A stretch of 45,191 bases of DNA from a virus (Duplodnaviria; Caudoviricetes): IMG/VR virus record IMGVR_UViG_3300031520_000007, positions 1 to 45,191 of that record. The stretch is one strand, 5' to 3'. Position 1 is the first letter of the stretch; the number at the start of each line of letters is the position of its first letter. The position numbers were made by a program, and so were the translations under genes. Positions 17,477-26,847 of the stretch are shown one piece after another. The notes beneath the pieces were generated by a model, which worked only from the letters and a program-made list of their open reading frames with translations, did no database searches and was not told where the DNA came from.

Positions 17477-18166
17477 ATGCCGCATAAGAACCGTGATGAA
17501 CGTCGTGCTTACTTTCGCAAATGGGCTGCTGATAATCCCGAGAAGATAGCATCCTACAGCGCTGTGTCCCTGGAGAGAGCGAAAGCAACTCCTGAGTTGG
17601 CAGAGAGCTTCCGTCAGAGATCTGTAGAGAGAGTGGCAAAGTGGCGTGCGGCTAACCGCGCTAAGGTCAACGAAGCTGCCAAATTAGCACGTAAGGCTAA
17701 TCCGGAAAAACACAAGCTTGCGCTTGCTAAGCATATTGAGGCAAACCGAGATAAGATTAATGCTAGAAATAGTGCAAATAGAAAGGAAAACCGGGCTTTA
17801 ACAAGAGCAAAAAGCACCGCGGATGGGAAGCGGCATTATCATTCTAACGTGAATAATAGAATTTCGCAAAACTTACGTGTTAGAATGAGACATGCCTTGA
17901 ACTACCAGTCTGTCAAGCGTCAGACGAGTGTATATGAGTTGGTTGGATGCACAATCTCGCAGCTTCGCTGCTATCTTGAAGGTATGTTTAAAGAAGGTAT
18001 GTCGTGGGAGAATAGGCGGCTGTGGCACATTGATCACATAAAGCCATGTGCTTTGTTTGACTTGAGAGAATTAGATCGGCAGAAAGAATGCTTCCACTAC
18101 ACTAACCTCCAGCCGCTTTGGGCGGGGGAAAACATGAAAAAAGGCAAACGTCACGTCGTTGCCTGA
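17477..18166 (+). CDS. Free-standing HNH endonuclease (low GC)
   Basis: LVGCTISQLRCYLE..F.EGMSWEN...WHIDHIKPCALFDL...CFHYTNLQPLWAGENMKKG. Visibly AT-richer than its flanks. Start may be 17435 or 17477. Confidence 0.88.
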   Translation: MPHKNRDERRAYFRKWAADNPEKIASYSAVSLERAKATPELAESFRQRSVERVAKWRAANRAKVNEAAKLARKANPEKHKLALAKHIEANRDKINARNSANRKENRALTRAKSTADGKRHYHSNVNNRISQNLRVRMRHALNYQSVKRQTSVYELVGCTISQLRCYLEGMFKEGMSWENRRLWHIDHIKPCALFDLRELDRQKECFHYTNLQPLWAGENMKKGKRHVVA

Positions 18167-18177
18167 AAGGAGGACTG

Positions 18178-20292
18178 ATGGCTGCTGGGTATAGTGTAGT
18201 CATCAGTGCTTCGGATCGCGCTACCGCAACGATCAACAAGGTCAACGCGGCTCTGGCCGGCACGCTGGCCCCTGTTACGCGCCTGGGCGCCGCACTGTCA
18301 AAGCTGGGCGACACCACGGGCGCCAATCGCCTTGGCGCTGGCCTAGTGAACCTAGAGCGCCAGGCCGTCCGGGCCGCCGATGGCATGGCTCGCATTCTGC
18401 CGGCGCTGGGCGCCATCACGGGAGCAGCATCGCTGGCAGGGCTGGCCCGGCTCACGAATCAATGGGCTGAGTTCGGGGATAAACTCGGCTTTGCCTCGCA
18501 ACGCATCGGCGTCAGCACTCAGCAGTTGCAGTCCCTGCAAGGCGCGGCACGGCTGGCCGGGGCGTCCAGCGAGGCGATGACGGGCGGGCTACGCGGGTTG
18601 CAGCAGACCTTGCAGGATGCTGTGGGCGGACGGAACAACGAGGCCGTCAGGTATTTCAACAAGCTCGGCCTGTCGTTCCGCGATGCCGACAATAACGCTC
18701 GCGGCGTCTTGGACGTGCTGCCCGAGTTGGCTGACAAGATCGCGGCCATTAAGAACCCGCAGTTGCAGGCGATGGTCGCCACGCAGATGTTCGGCAGCGC
18801 CGCCGAGGACCTGCTGCCGCTGCTGCGTCAGGGGTCGGCAGGGCTGCGCCGGTTGTCGGACGAGGCGGCGAAGTATGGCTTGATGACTGACGCGGGCCGC
18901 GAGAGTGCCCGCGGGTTTGCGGCGGCACAGGTACGGCTTGGCCTTGCCGTAGAAGGCTTGGGCGGCAAGGTCGCCGAGAAGTTGGTCCCGGTGCTGATCC
19001 CGCTGCTGGATCGCCTATCAGGCTGGATCGGCGCACATAGCGGCGAGATCGTTGCTTTCCTTGAGCGAGTGGGCACGGCGTTCGGTGCCTGGGTTAGCAA
19101 CGGCGGCCTGCAAGCCACGCTGACCCGTCTGGGCGAGTTCGCCACGAAGGTGGACGGCATTGTGACCACCATTGCCAGTTGGCAGACGGCCGCCGAAGTC
19201 CTGCTTGCCTTCATGGCAGGCCGTTGGGCACTCGGCATGGTCGGCAGCATCGCGCGCGTGACGGGCGCCCTGGGCGACATGACGGGGGCGATGCCGAAGC
19301 CCGGCGTCGGCGCGTTCAAGCTGCTGGGCACGGCGGGAGTTGCAGGCGCGCTGGCGATGGACCTGAGCGGCGGCAAGACTGCCGATGATCAGAAGGCCAA
19401 CAACACCGACAGCCTGATCGCCAAGCTGGGCCTCGCTATTGGCGGGGCGCTTGGCATGAAGTTTGATGCTGACGGAAAGTCGGAAGGGCTGCTGTCGCGG
19501 TGGGCTGGCGGTGGACGGGGGGCGGGAGGCGGTCCAGGCACTGGCAGCGGCTACGCGGGCGTAACTCCTGGCGAGGCGAACCGCGCTCGCCGACCCCAGA
19601 GCAGCCCGACCACGCGTACGTTTGACACGTCCCTGACCCCGCAGGCACGCGGCTTGCTGGATACCATCGCCGGCACGGAAAGCCCTGGCTACAACGTCAT
19701 GTACGGCGGGCGTCGGTTCCTGAACATGAGTGAGCACCCGAACACTCCTGTGCCGATCACGTCCGGTCCAAACGCCGGCCAGACCAGCACCGCAGCAGGC
19801 CGCTATCAGTTCTTGAAAGGCACTTGGGACGAGGCCTCATCCGCCACTGGCGCCCGTGATTTCAGTCCGGCAAGCCAGGACAAAGCAGCTTGGTGGTTGG
19901 CGCAACGGGACTATAACCGCCGCACGGCTCGCGATCTTGCAGCGGACCTGCAATCCAGCGATCCGCGCGTCAAGGCCGGCATTGGCCAAGCGCTACACGG
20001 CACATGGACCTCGCTGCCGGGAGGTATAGAGGCCGGCACGAACAACGATCGTTTCACTCGCCAGTTGGATAGTGCAGTCGCGCGAAATCAGCTAGTTCCC
20101 GGCCCGCCCGTCGCCGGCCCTGCCGCCCCCGGCATTCAGCAGGCCGCCCCAGCTATCGCAGGTCGCGTTGCCGTTGACGTGACCCATCGTGGCGATCCTG
20201 GGAACACCTCCGTCCGCATCGGCACGTCTGGCGCAGCAGAACAGGATCGCCTGCGGATAGAACGTGCGCCGCTGCTGATGGGCATCCCGTAA
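18178..20292 (+). CDS. Tape measure protein with C-terminal lambda-lysozyme-like domain
   Basis: AGGAGG RBS; Ala/Gly-rich helical body; RGLLDTIAGTES.GYNVMYGG...STAAGRYQFL..TW...DFSPASQDKAA. Confidence 0.92.
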   Translation: MAAGYSVVISASDRATATINKVNAALAGTLAPVTRLGAALSKLGDTTGANRLGAGLVNLERQAVRAADGMARILPALGAITGAASLAGLARLTNQWAEFGDKLGFASQRIGVSTQQLQSLQGAARLAGASSEAMTGGLRGLQQTLQDAVGGRNNEAVRYFNKLGLSFRDADNNARGVLDVLPELADKIAAIKNPQLQAMVATQMFGSAAEDLLPLLRQGSAGLRRLSDEAAKYGLMTDAGRESARGFAAAQVRLGLAVEGLGGKVAEKLVPVLIPLLDRLSGWIGAHSGEIVAFLERVGTAFGAWVSNGGLQATLTRLGEFATKVDGIVTTIASWQTAAEVLLAFMAGRWALGMVGSIARVTGALGDMTGAMPKPGVGAFKLLGTAGVAGALAMDLSGGKTADDQKANNTDSLIAKLGLAIGGALGMKFDADGKSEGLLSRWAGGGRGAGGGPGTGSGYAGVTPGEANRARRPQSSPTTRTFDTSLTPQARGLLDTIAGTESPGYNVMYGGRRFLNMSEHPNTPVPITSGPNAGQTSTAAGRYQFLKGTWDEASSATGARDFSPASQDKAAWWLAQRDYNRRTARDLAADLQSSDPRVKAGIGQALHGTWTSLPGGIEAGTNNDRFTRQLDSAVARNQLVPGPPVAGPAAPGIQQAAPAIAGRVAVDVTHRGDPGNTSVRIGTSGAAEQDRLRIERAPLLMGIP

Positions 20293-20840
20293 TGCCCTGG
20301 GATGACGACCTACAGCCCGCGTCTTGGCGCGGCATTCCCTTCGTGGTGTCGTCTGATCCGACCCGCGCTGGTCGCCAAGTCGCGGTGCATGGATACCCCT
20401 ATCGAGAGGCGCAGCCAGTCTGGCAAGAGGACACGGGCCGCGCACCGCGCGAGTACGCCATCGCTGGATACATTCACGGCGACGATGTGGTGCAACAGCG
20501 CCAAGCCATGACAGACGCGGTGGATCAGCAGCCCGGCCCCGGCGAACTGGTCCACCCGTTCTACGGCAGTCTGAGCGTGGTGCTGATCCGGTTCGGTTGC
20601 TCGGCCCGCGCCGACCTCGGCCGGGTGGTTGAGCTGACTTTCGAGTTCGTCGAGGCGGGAGCGCAGGTCTATCCCGAGTCCACCGACGACACGGGCGCAC
20701 AGGTAGACGGCGCGGCTGGCGACGCGCAGACCGCAGCATCGGCCGACTATGTCAACCGGACTGCGCCGCCGGGCCAGCAGGGCACCACGGCAGGCCGCTT
20801 GCTGGATACCGGCACGGTGACTGCGGTGGGGGTAGCCTGA
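20292..20840 (+). CDS. DNA circularisation protein, N-terminal domain (Mu gpN-like)
   Basis: LQPASWRGIPF, GRQVAVHGYPYR, EDTGR, PGELVHPFYG, FVEAG. Confidence 0.9.
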   Translation: MPWDDDLQPASWRGIPFVVSSDPTRAGRQVAVHGYPYREAQPVWQEDTGRAPREYAIAGYIHGDDVVQQRQAMTDAVDQQPGPGELVHPFYGSLSVVLIRFGCSARADLGRVVELTFEFVEAGAQVYPESTDDTGAQVDGAAGDAQTAASADYVNRTAPPGQQGTTAGRLLDTGTVTAVGVA

Positions 20841-21580
20841 TGGCCGATCCCGCCATCCAGGACGCAGCAACGCTCGTCACGCAGGCTCTGGCTCTAACCC
20901 AAGACGCCGCCGCCGTGCTGAACAGCGCCTATGGCGTCCTGGGGCAGTTCGGGCGCTATGCTGCCCCGGTATCCACGCCAGGGCTGCTGATCGAGGCCGA
21001 CGCTCTGGCCGCAGCCAATGCCGCCCGGCACGTCGTTTCAGTGGCCGGGGTTGGTCTGGCCGCGCAGGCCACGCTCCCGAGCGCTCCGGCGGCTGTGCAA
21101 GGCCTGCTAAACGCGGTGTCCAGCGCGATCATCGCGCCCGCCGACCGGCTACGCGCCTACACAATGCTGGCGCTGGTGCCTGGCACGAGCGCCTTGGCTG
21201 TCCTTGGTCGTCGGCTGTCTGTGATCGCTTTATGCCGCGCTGCCCGGGGCTACATCCCCAACAGCTTCGACGATGCGCAGGTCGTGCTGCAGGACACATG
21301 CGATGCCCTGGACCGTGAGATCACCGCGGCCGGCGATGCCGACGACGACGCCAGCTATGACGCCTTGCGTGCGCTGCGCCGAGCCGTGGTGGCGGACCTG
21401 ACCGCCCGTGGCGCGTCCCTGGCGCCGCTGGTCACGCGGAGCTTCGCGGACACGCTGCCCGAGTTCGTTGTGGCGCAACTGCTTTACGGCGACGCGCGTC
21501 GGGCTGACGAAGTGGTGCGGCGTGTGGACCCGGTGCATCCGCTATTCCTGCCGACACGAGTGCAGGTGTTGGGCCGTTAG
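20840..21580 (+). CDS. Mu gpN C-terminal-like protein
   Basis: YDALRALRRAVVADL...LP..VVAQLLYGDARRADEV....DPVHPLFLP. Coupled to the previous ORF by TGATG. Confidence 0.8.
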   Translation: MADPAIQDAATLVTQALALTQDAAAVLNSAYGVLGQFGRYAAPVSTPGLLIEADALAAANAARHVVSVAGVGLAAQATLPSAPAAVQGLLNAVSSAIIAPADRLRAYTMLALVPGTSALAVLGRRLSVIALCRAARGYIPNSFDDAQVVLQDTCDALDREITAAGDADDDASYDALRALRRAVVADLTARGASLAPLVTRSFADTLPEFVVAQLLYGDARRADEVVRRVDPVHPLFLPTRVQVLGR

Positions 21581-21993
21581 CTGCCGGGATGCCGGCCCGT
21601 TCCGTCCACCATGCTTTGGATGGGGAACCATGCTTGCACCGGCCCCATCCCACGTTTGTGGGCTTGCATGAAGGCGTAGCCATTCTCAACTTTCACTACG
21701 TCCCACGCCCCGCCTTCGGGTGCGGCCGGAAGGCAGGCCCCTTCGTTGATTAGGCGGTTCAGTCTCTCGCTGGTTGGTAGCACTCCAGCCGAGAACGCGA
21801 AGGCGATAGTCTTTGTTCTCTCTTGGTCTGGACAACCATAAACGAGCGGAACGCCTGGGGTGAAGCCTTGAGCAATCACGGGCAACGATGGCTGTGCCAT
21901 CCATGCCTTTAAGTCTTCTTCATCGGCTCGCGCCGAAGTCGTCGCCAGTAGACCGAGCGCAATCCATGCTAGCCGCATCGTTTCCTCCATCAT
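21577..21993 (-). CDS. Secreted hypothetical protein (antisense moron)
   Basis: MRLAWIALGLLATTSARA signal peptide; two Cys; opposite strand within the baseplate operon. Confidence 0.7.
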   Translation of the reverse strand: MMEETMRLAWIALGLLATTSARADEEDLKAWMAQPSLPVIAQGFTPGVPLVYGCPDQERTKTIAFAFSAGVLPTSERLNRLINEGACLPAAPEGGAWDVVKVENGYAFMQAHKRGMGPVQAWFPIQSMVDGTGRHPGS

Positions 21994-22034
21994 GGCTGTA
22001 AGTCATGCAGGGCTTTGCGGACGGGGGCAACCGA

Positions 22035-23168
22035 GTGTCCGATACGTCTGACGACACCCTTACCCTGGACCTTGACGGCCAGCGCTTGCTGGGTTGGCAG
22101 CGTATCAGGGTGACGCGCGGCATTGAGCGGATGCCCAGCGATTTTGACCTGGAAGCCACCGAACGCAGCCCAGACGGTAGCAAAGTGGCCGTGATCCCAG
22201 GAACCCCATGCACGGTTCGGATCGGTGGTGATGCTGTTGTGACCGGGTTCGTGGACCGTTACACGGCCAGCCTTGGTGTAGGGCAGCACCAGACGAACCT
22301 ATCCGGTCGCAGCAAATGCGAGGACATCGTGGACTGCGCCGCCGTCTACCCCGGTGCGCAGATCAGCGCCGGAAGCGTGCTGCAGCTCGCCCAGGATTTG
22401 TGCAAGCCTTACAGCGTAACCGCTTCGGGTGAAGCCGGGCCAGCGGTGCCGCAGTTCAATCTCAACCTGGGCGAGACGGCTTGGGAGATCATTGACCGCG
22501 TGACGCGCTACGGGGCGCTGCTGGCCTATGACGCGCCAGACGGCAATTTGGTGTTGTCCAAGCTGGGCACGATCGTTCATACCAGCGGCTTTGAGCAGGG
22601 CGTGAACGTCCAGTCAGCGAACGTCGCGTATGGCATGGACCAGCGATACTCTGAGTATGTGTCCGCCTTCATGTCGGTGGATCGTCTGTCCGACGTTGGC
22701 GCTGGTGGGAACTTGCTTGGAACCGTGCGGGACGAGGGTGTCAAGCGGTTCCGGCGCCGGGTGATCGTGTCGGAACAGACGATCAACGGCCAGCCGCTCG
22801 CCTTGGCGCGAGCGACTTGGGAACGAAACCGCCGCTATGGCCGCAGTCAGGCGGTGACGGTGGTGTGCGACACCTGGCGGGACAGCGCCGGCCTGCTGTG
22901 GCAGCCAAACCAATTGGCCCCGGTGCATATCCCAGTGCTGAAGCTGTTGCGCCAGCAGTGGCTCATCAGCGAGGTGAGCTACGAGCGCGACGAACGCAAC
23001 GGAACAACCGCCAGAGTGACGCTGATGCCGCGCGAGGCGTTTGAGGTGGAGCCAGTCGTGTTGCAGCCGTTCAGCATGGACCTGGATCAAGCCATCAACG
23101 ACGCGAACAAGGGATCGGGTGCGCCGTCCGTTGCGCAAGCCAATAAGCCAGGGCCGGGCCACGCATGA
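22035..23168 (+). CDS. Baseplate hub protein (Mu gpP/gp44-like)
   Basis: GWQRIRVTRGIE, V.TGFVD, GRSKCEDIVDCA, GETAWE, RYSEY, W...G.LWQPN. Confidence 0.93.
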   Translation: MSDTSDDTLTLDLDGQRLLGWQRIRVTRGIERMPSDFDLEATERSPDGSKVAVIPGTPCTVRIGGDAVVTGFVDRYTASLGVGQHQTNLSGRSKCEDIVDCAAVYPGAQISAGSVLQLAQDLCKPYSVTASGEAGPAVPQFNLNLGETAWEIIDRVTRYGALLAYDAPDGNLVLSKLGTIVHTSGFEQGVNVQSANVAYGMDQRYSEYVSAFMSVDRLSDVGAGGNLLGTVRDEGVKRFRRRVIVSEQTINGQPLALARATWERNRRYGRSQAVTVVCDTWRDSAGLLWQPNQLAPVHIPVLKLLRQQWLISEVSYERDERNGTTARVTLMPREAFEVEPVVLQPFSMDLDQAINDANKGSGAPSVAQANKPGPGHA

Positions 23169-23689
23169 GCGACGCGCACGGGCGGGCAATTGAGCGACTG
23201 TGGCGCCGGGTAGCAACGATGGTGGGGGTGGGTCGCATCACCGCAACCAACGACGCGGATGGTGTCCATAAGGTGCAGGTGCGGCTAGGCGCCGACGAAC
23301 TGCGGGACAACACGCCCGTCGTCACGCTCTACGGCCTGCACAGCCATGCCCCGGTCGGGTCGGACGCCACGCTGCTGTTCATCGGTGGGGACCGTAGCAA
23401 CGGCCTTGCCATCGGCACAGGAAATCAGGCCGCCCGGCCGCGGGGCACGATGCCCGGGGAGGTCGGCATGTACGACGACCAAGGTCAGGCTGTGTTCATG
23501 AGCCGCAGCGGCATTCGTGTCATCGGCGCCGGTCTGCAAGTGACGATCACTGGCACGCCAAAGGTGCGCCTGGAGTGCGACTTGGATGTGACAGGAGAGG
23601 TCAAAGCCATGTGCGACGGCGCCAGCGTCACGCTGTCTCAGCACCGCGGGCATAAGAGCGACGGCGGCCCGCCGACGCCGGGAACTTAG
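23165..23689 (+). CDS. Baseplate spike protein (Mu gp45/gpV-like)
   Basis: YGLHSHAP.G, GGDRSNG, PGEVGMYDDQG, SQHRGH tip. Confidence 0.92.
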   Translation: MSDAHGRAIERLWRRVATMVGVGRITATNDADGVHKVQVRLGADELRDNTPVVTLYGLHSHAPVGSDATLLFIGGDRSNGLAIGTGNQAARPRGTMPGEVGMYDDQGQAVFMSRSGIRVIGAGLQVTITGTPKVRLECDLDVTGEVKAMCDGASVTLSQHRGHKSDGGPPTPGT

Positions 23690-23693
23690 AAAG

Positions 23694-23797
23694 GCGCTGG
23701 CGGCCGACTCCGCCGGGTTATCAAGAGCCTCTTCGGCCCATTACTTCCGCGCCCAGCCGCCATGCAACACGCGGGTCCTTCCCCGCCGCCGCAGCGC
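23694..23797 (-). ncRNA. Candidate cloverleaf/tRNA-like structured RNA, copy A
   Basis: Closing stem of 10 bp with one bulge. Minus-strand hairpins GCGGG-GAAGGA-CCCGC, GGGCC-GAAGA-GGCTC and CCGGC-GGA-GTCGG. Ends homologous to 41254-41401. Confidence 0.5.
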
Positions 23798-23829
23798 GTG
23801 CAGCCTAATCCCTCCGCTGGGAGCACGCC

Positions 23830-24276
23830 ATGCCCGACATCACCATCGCCTTCGACGGCCGCACGATCCGCGGCGACTTCGTGCTGACGGCGACTGACTT
23901 GCAGACCGGCGATGACCTGCAGACCTCAATTATCGTGTCTCTGTTCACCGAGCCGGGTTGGTGGGCGAACGCCTATGAACGGGATGCCTGGGGTTGCCGT
24001 CTGCTGGAGCTGCGCCGCGCCAAGCACACCAGGGAGACGCTCCTGCGTGCCCGGGACTACTGCCGGCAGGCGCTGGCATGGCTGATTGAGGATCGGGTGG
24101 CCGATGCCGTTGACGTGGCGACGGAGTGGCAGAACGACCGCCTCGCGGTCGGCATCAACGTCACGCAGGCCTCCCGCGTCAGCCAATACTCGTTCGTCTG
24201 GGATGAAGACGGGGCAACGCCACCCCGCTATGTCCTAAACTTGGCTTTACCCAATTTGCTTTCGGGCGGGGGTTAA
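23830..24276 (+). CDS. Baseplate protein (Mu gp46-like)
   Basis: DLQTSIIVSLFT, GWWA, GCRL..LRRAK, ARDYCRQALAWLIED. Confidence 0.92.
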   Translation: MPDITIAFDGRTIRGDFVLTATDLQTGDDLQTSIIVSLFTEPGWWANAYERDAWGCRLLELRRAKHTRETLLRARDYCRQALAWLIEDRVADAVDVATEWQNDRLAVGINVTQASRVSQYSFVWDEDGATPPRYVLNLALPNLLSGGG

Positions 24277-25392
24277 ATGTTCGCACGCCCTGGCATCACC
24301 GCGCTGCGCGACCAGGCCGTAGCCGACGTGCTCGTGGAGACGGGCCTGCCGACGCTGCTGCGTCGCTCTCCGCTGCGCGCCCTAGCCTATGCGCAGGCCG
24401 GGCTGGCATATGGGCAATATGGCTACCTCGACTGGATCGCGCGGCAGAGCGTGCCTTTCACGGGGACCGGCGTGTTCCTGGAAGCCTGGGCCGCGCTGGT
24501 GGATGTGCAGCGCAAGCCGGCCTCCCCGGCGTCCGGCACCGTCGCCTTTGTTGGCGTCCCGGGCGCGACGGTCCCGATCGGCACCCTGCTGCGCCGTGGT
24601 GACGGCTTTGGGTATGCGACGACCGGAGCCGTGACCCTTGGCGCCGCTGGCACCGGCAGCTTGCCTGTCCAGGCGCAGATCGCCGGCTCTGCGCTGACAC
24701 TGCAGCCAAACACCCCGCTGACCCTGGCCGCGCCGATCGTCGGCGTGCAGTCAGGCGCAGTGGCGCAGCCGGTGACGCCGGGCGCCGACCCCGAGTTGGA
24801 CGCGCCGTTCCGCACGAGGATGCTGCTGCGCTGGGCCTCTCCGCCACAGGGCGGCGACGCGACGGATTATGTGGAGTGGGCGCTGGCGGTCCCCGGGGTC
24901 ACCCGGGCCTGGGTCAACCCCATCGGAGCCGGCGAGGGCACGGTTGTCGTCTACACCATGTGGGATCAGGCAGAGGCGCCTCACGGCGGCTTCCCGCAGG
25001 GCAGAGATGGGGTAACGGATCTAGACTGGCGCGGCGAACCGGCAATGGGCGACCAGCTCACCGTCGCGCTCTCTATCTATCCCAGGCGCCCGGTGACGGC
25101 CTTGGTCTATAGCGTGGCACCAGGGCGTTACCCGGTGCCGTTTGCCATCCATACGCCTGCACCCGTGTCTGCTGTCGCCCAGGCCGCAGCGGTGGCGGCG
25201 CTTACCCGCGTGTTTCTTGATGTGGCCGATCCGCTTGGCGGCACGGTGCCGCTGGGCCTGTTTGATCAGGCCATCACCAACGCCTTGAGCACCCCTCTAT
25301 TCACCCTCACCACGCCGACCGCGGCGATCATGGCTCCGCTGGGCAGCCTGCCGATCCTGGGCGCCATCACTTGGACCGGCGGCAATGGCTGA
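24277..25392 (+). CDS. Baseplate J protein (Mu gp47-like)
   Basis: YGYLDWIARQ, GADPE, PPQGG...DYVEWALAVPGVTRAW, GTVVV. Confidence 0.95.
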   Translation: MFARPGITALRDQAVADVLVETGLPTLLRRSPLRALAYAQAGLAYGQYGYLDWIARQSVPFTGTGVFLEAWAALVDVQRKPASPASGTVAFVGVPGATVPIGTLLRRGDGFGYATTGAVTLGAAGTGSLPVQAQIAGSALTLQPNTPLTLAAPIVGVQSGAVAQPVTPGADPELDAPFRTRMLLRWASPPQGGDATDYVEWALAVPGVTRAWVNPIGAGEGTVVVYTMWDQAEAPHGGFPQGRDGVTDLDWRGEPAMGDQLTVALSIYPRRPVTALVYSVAPGRYPVPFAIHTPAPVSAVAQAAAVAALTRVFLDVADPLGGTVPLGLFDQAITNALSTPLFTLTTPTAAIMAPLGSLPILGAITWTGGNG

Positions 25393-25990
25393 CGCTGTGC
25401 CGCCGGTCCCGCTCTACGACCGGCAGGATTTCGCACTCGGCTTCCTGGCCTTGATGCCGGCCGGCCCGGTCTGGCCGCGCGAGCGCAATGCCGTGCTGCC
25501 GCAGGTCGCCGCGGCGTTGGTGCGGACTTATGAGCAGATGACGTTCAGGGCCGCGGCGCTGCTGGCTGATGCGCCGATGTATACGCTGAACGAGCGGCTG
25601 TCCGAGTGGGAAGCCACGCTCGGCCTGCCGGATCCATGCGCCGGCCTTGCGCCGACCGTAGAGTTGCGCCGCCAGGGGGTTGCGGCAGCCATCGCGGCGC
25701 GCGGCGGGCAGTCCATCCCCTACTTCACCGCGATCGCGCTACTGCTGGGTTCGGTCATTGAGGTCGAGGAGTTCACGCCATTTCAGGCAGGCGTAAGCGG
25801 CGCTGGCAATTCTTGCTGCGGGCCTGGCTGGGCGCATGTCTGGTGGGTCGGGCGTCACGGTTCAAACCCGCCGATGGAATGCACACTGCGGCGGTATGCC
25901 CCGGCGCACACGCGCCTTGAGTTCGTGGACCTCGGTGAAATGGCCCGCTGGGACATTGGTCAGTGGGACGTGGATACCTGGGCGGCATAG
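25385..25990 (+). CDS. Baseplate wedge protein (Mu gp48/YmfQ, DUF2313-like)
   Basis: LMPAGPVWPR, L.EWEATLGLPD.C, GGQSIPYF, EC.LRRYAPAHT. Confidence 0.92.
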   Translation: MADAVPPVPLYDRQDFALGFLALMPAGPVWPRERNAVLPQVAAALVRTYEQMTFRAAALLADAPMYTLNERLSEWEATLGLPDPCAGLAPTVELRRQGVAAAIAARGGQSIPYFTAIALLLGSVIEVEEFTPFQAGVSGAGNSCCGPGWAHVWWVGRHGSNPPMECTLRRYAPAHTRLEFVDLGEMARWDIGQWDVDTWAA

Positions 25991-25998
25991 GAGCGACC

Positions 25999-26841
25999 TT
26001 GAACAAAATTGACGATATCTTTGCAGTCACCGTCCCACCAGTACCTTCTGTGTCGGAAGTTGGCGCTCCGGGCTGGTTTAGCGAATTGGTCGCAGACGCT
26101 GGCGTCCGGGCCACCCGAGTGCGCGATTGGTGGTTAAACGCGGTGCAGGGCGCGCTGCTCGGCCTGCTGGACGCGGCGCAGATCGCCCCCAGCAAGACGG
26201 ATTACAGCGTCGTCACCCGGGCTGTGACGGTCATCGGACGGCGGCGGAAGATATTCAACCAATCCGAGCAATGGCCCGTGCCGGCTGGTTGTTACGGTAT
26301 AGATTTCATCAGCCGTGGCGGCGGTGGCCCTGGTGGACACGGCAACACAGGTGCGGGTGGCGGCGGATCGGATGGCACTTACTGTGAAGGATACTTGCCC
26401 GTTGAACCTGGCGACGTGGTTGAGGTTGCTCTTGGTGGCCAAGGCAATCCCGGAACGCCACTGAACGGCACCGTCGTCGGTGCAACGGCTGGGGGCACCA
26501 CAACCATATCCGTCAATGGTATCGTCATCGTGACGTGTCCCGGTGGCGGCGGTGGCGGCCTTGGCCCGACCGGGCGGGGTAACGTGGTGCTGGCGCAGGC
26601 GACCGGCCCTGGCGATTGCCCACTCAACCAAGCTGGGCAGAATGGCTACTCCACTCCACAAGGCATGTTCGGCGGCATGGGTGGCGGCGGCCACGGTTAC
26701 ATGGGAGGTCTGGCGCAGCCCGTCGCAGCGCAAGGCAGCGCAGACGGCAACGGTGGCCAGAGTGGCTGCGGCGGAAGTGGCGGCGCAGGCAACAGCCTCG
26801 GCGGCGTAGGCGGCGGCGGATACGCCAAGTTTCGGTTTTAG
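25999..26841 (+). CDS. Tail fibre protein with glycine-rich domain
   Basis: TTG start after AGGAG. Mu-type fibre N-terminus (PGWF...AT.V..WWLNAVQ), then GGGGPGG-rich repeats. Confidence 0.8.
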   Translation: MNKIDDIFAVTVPPVPSVSEVGAPGWFSELVADAGVRATRVRDWWLNAVQGALLGLLDAAQIAPSKTDYSVVTRAVTVIGRRRKIFNQSEQWPVPAGCYGIDFISRGGGGPGGHGNTGAGGGGSDGTYCEGYLPVEPGDVVEVALGGQGNPGTPLNGTVVGATAGGTTTISVNGIVIVTCPGGGGGGLGPTGRGNVVLAQATGPGDCPLNQAGQNGYSTPQGMFGGMGGGGHGYMGGLAQPVAAQGSADGNGGQSGCGGSGGAGNSLGGVGGGGYAKFRF

Positions 26842-26847
26842 GGGATC

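Noticed and set aside
3404-18177. HNH genes as group I intron-encoded or IscB/HEARO elements
   Set aside because: The flanking genes are uninterrupted, the non-coding flanks are only ~60-110 nt, and no RuvC or PLMP motifs are visible.
14361-26841. Tailocin, eCIS or T6SS interpretation of the contractile tail genes
   Set aside because: Terminase, portal, protease, capsid and neck genes are all present and appear intact, so this is a head-bearing phage.
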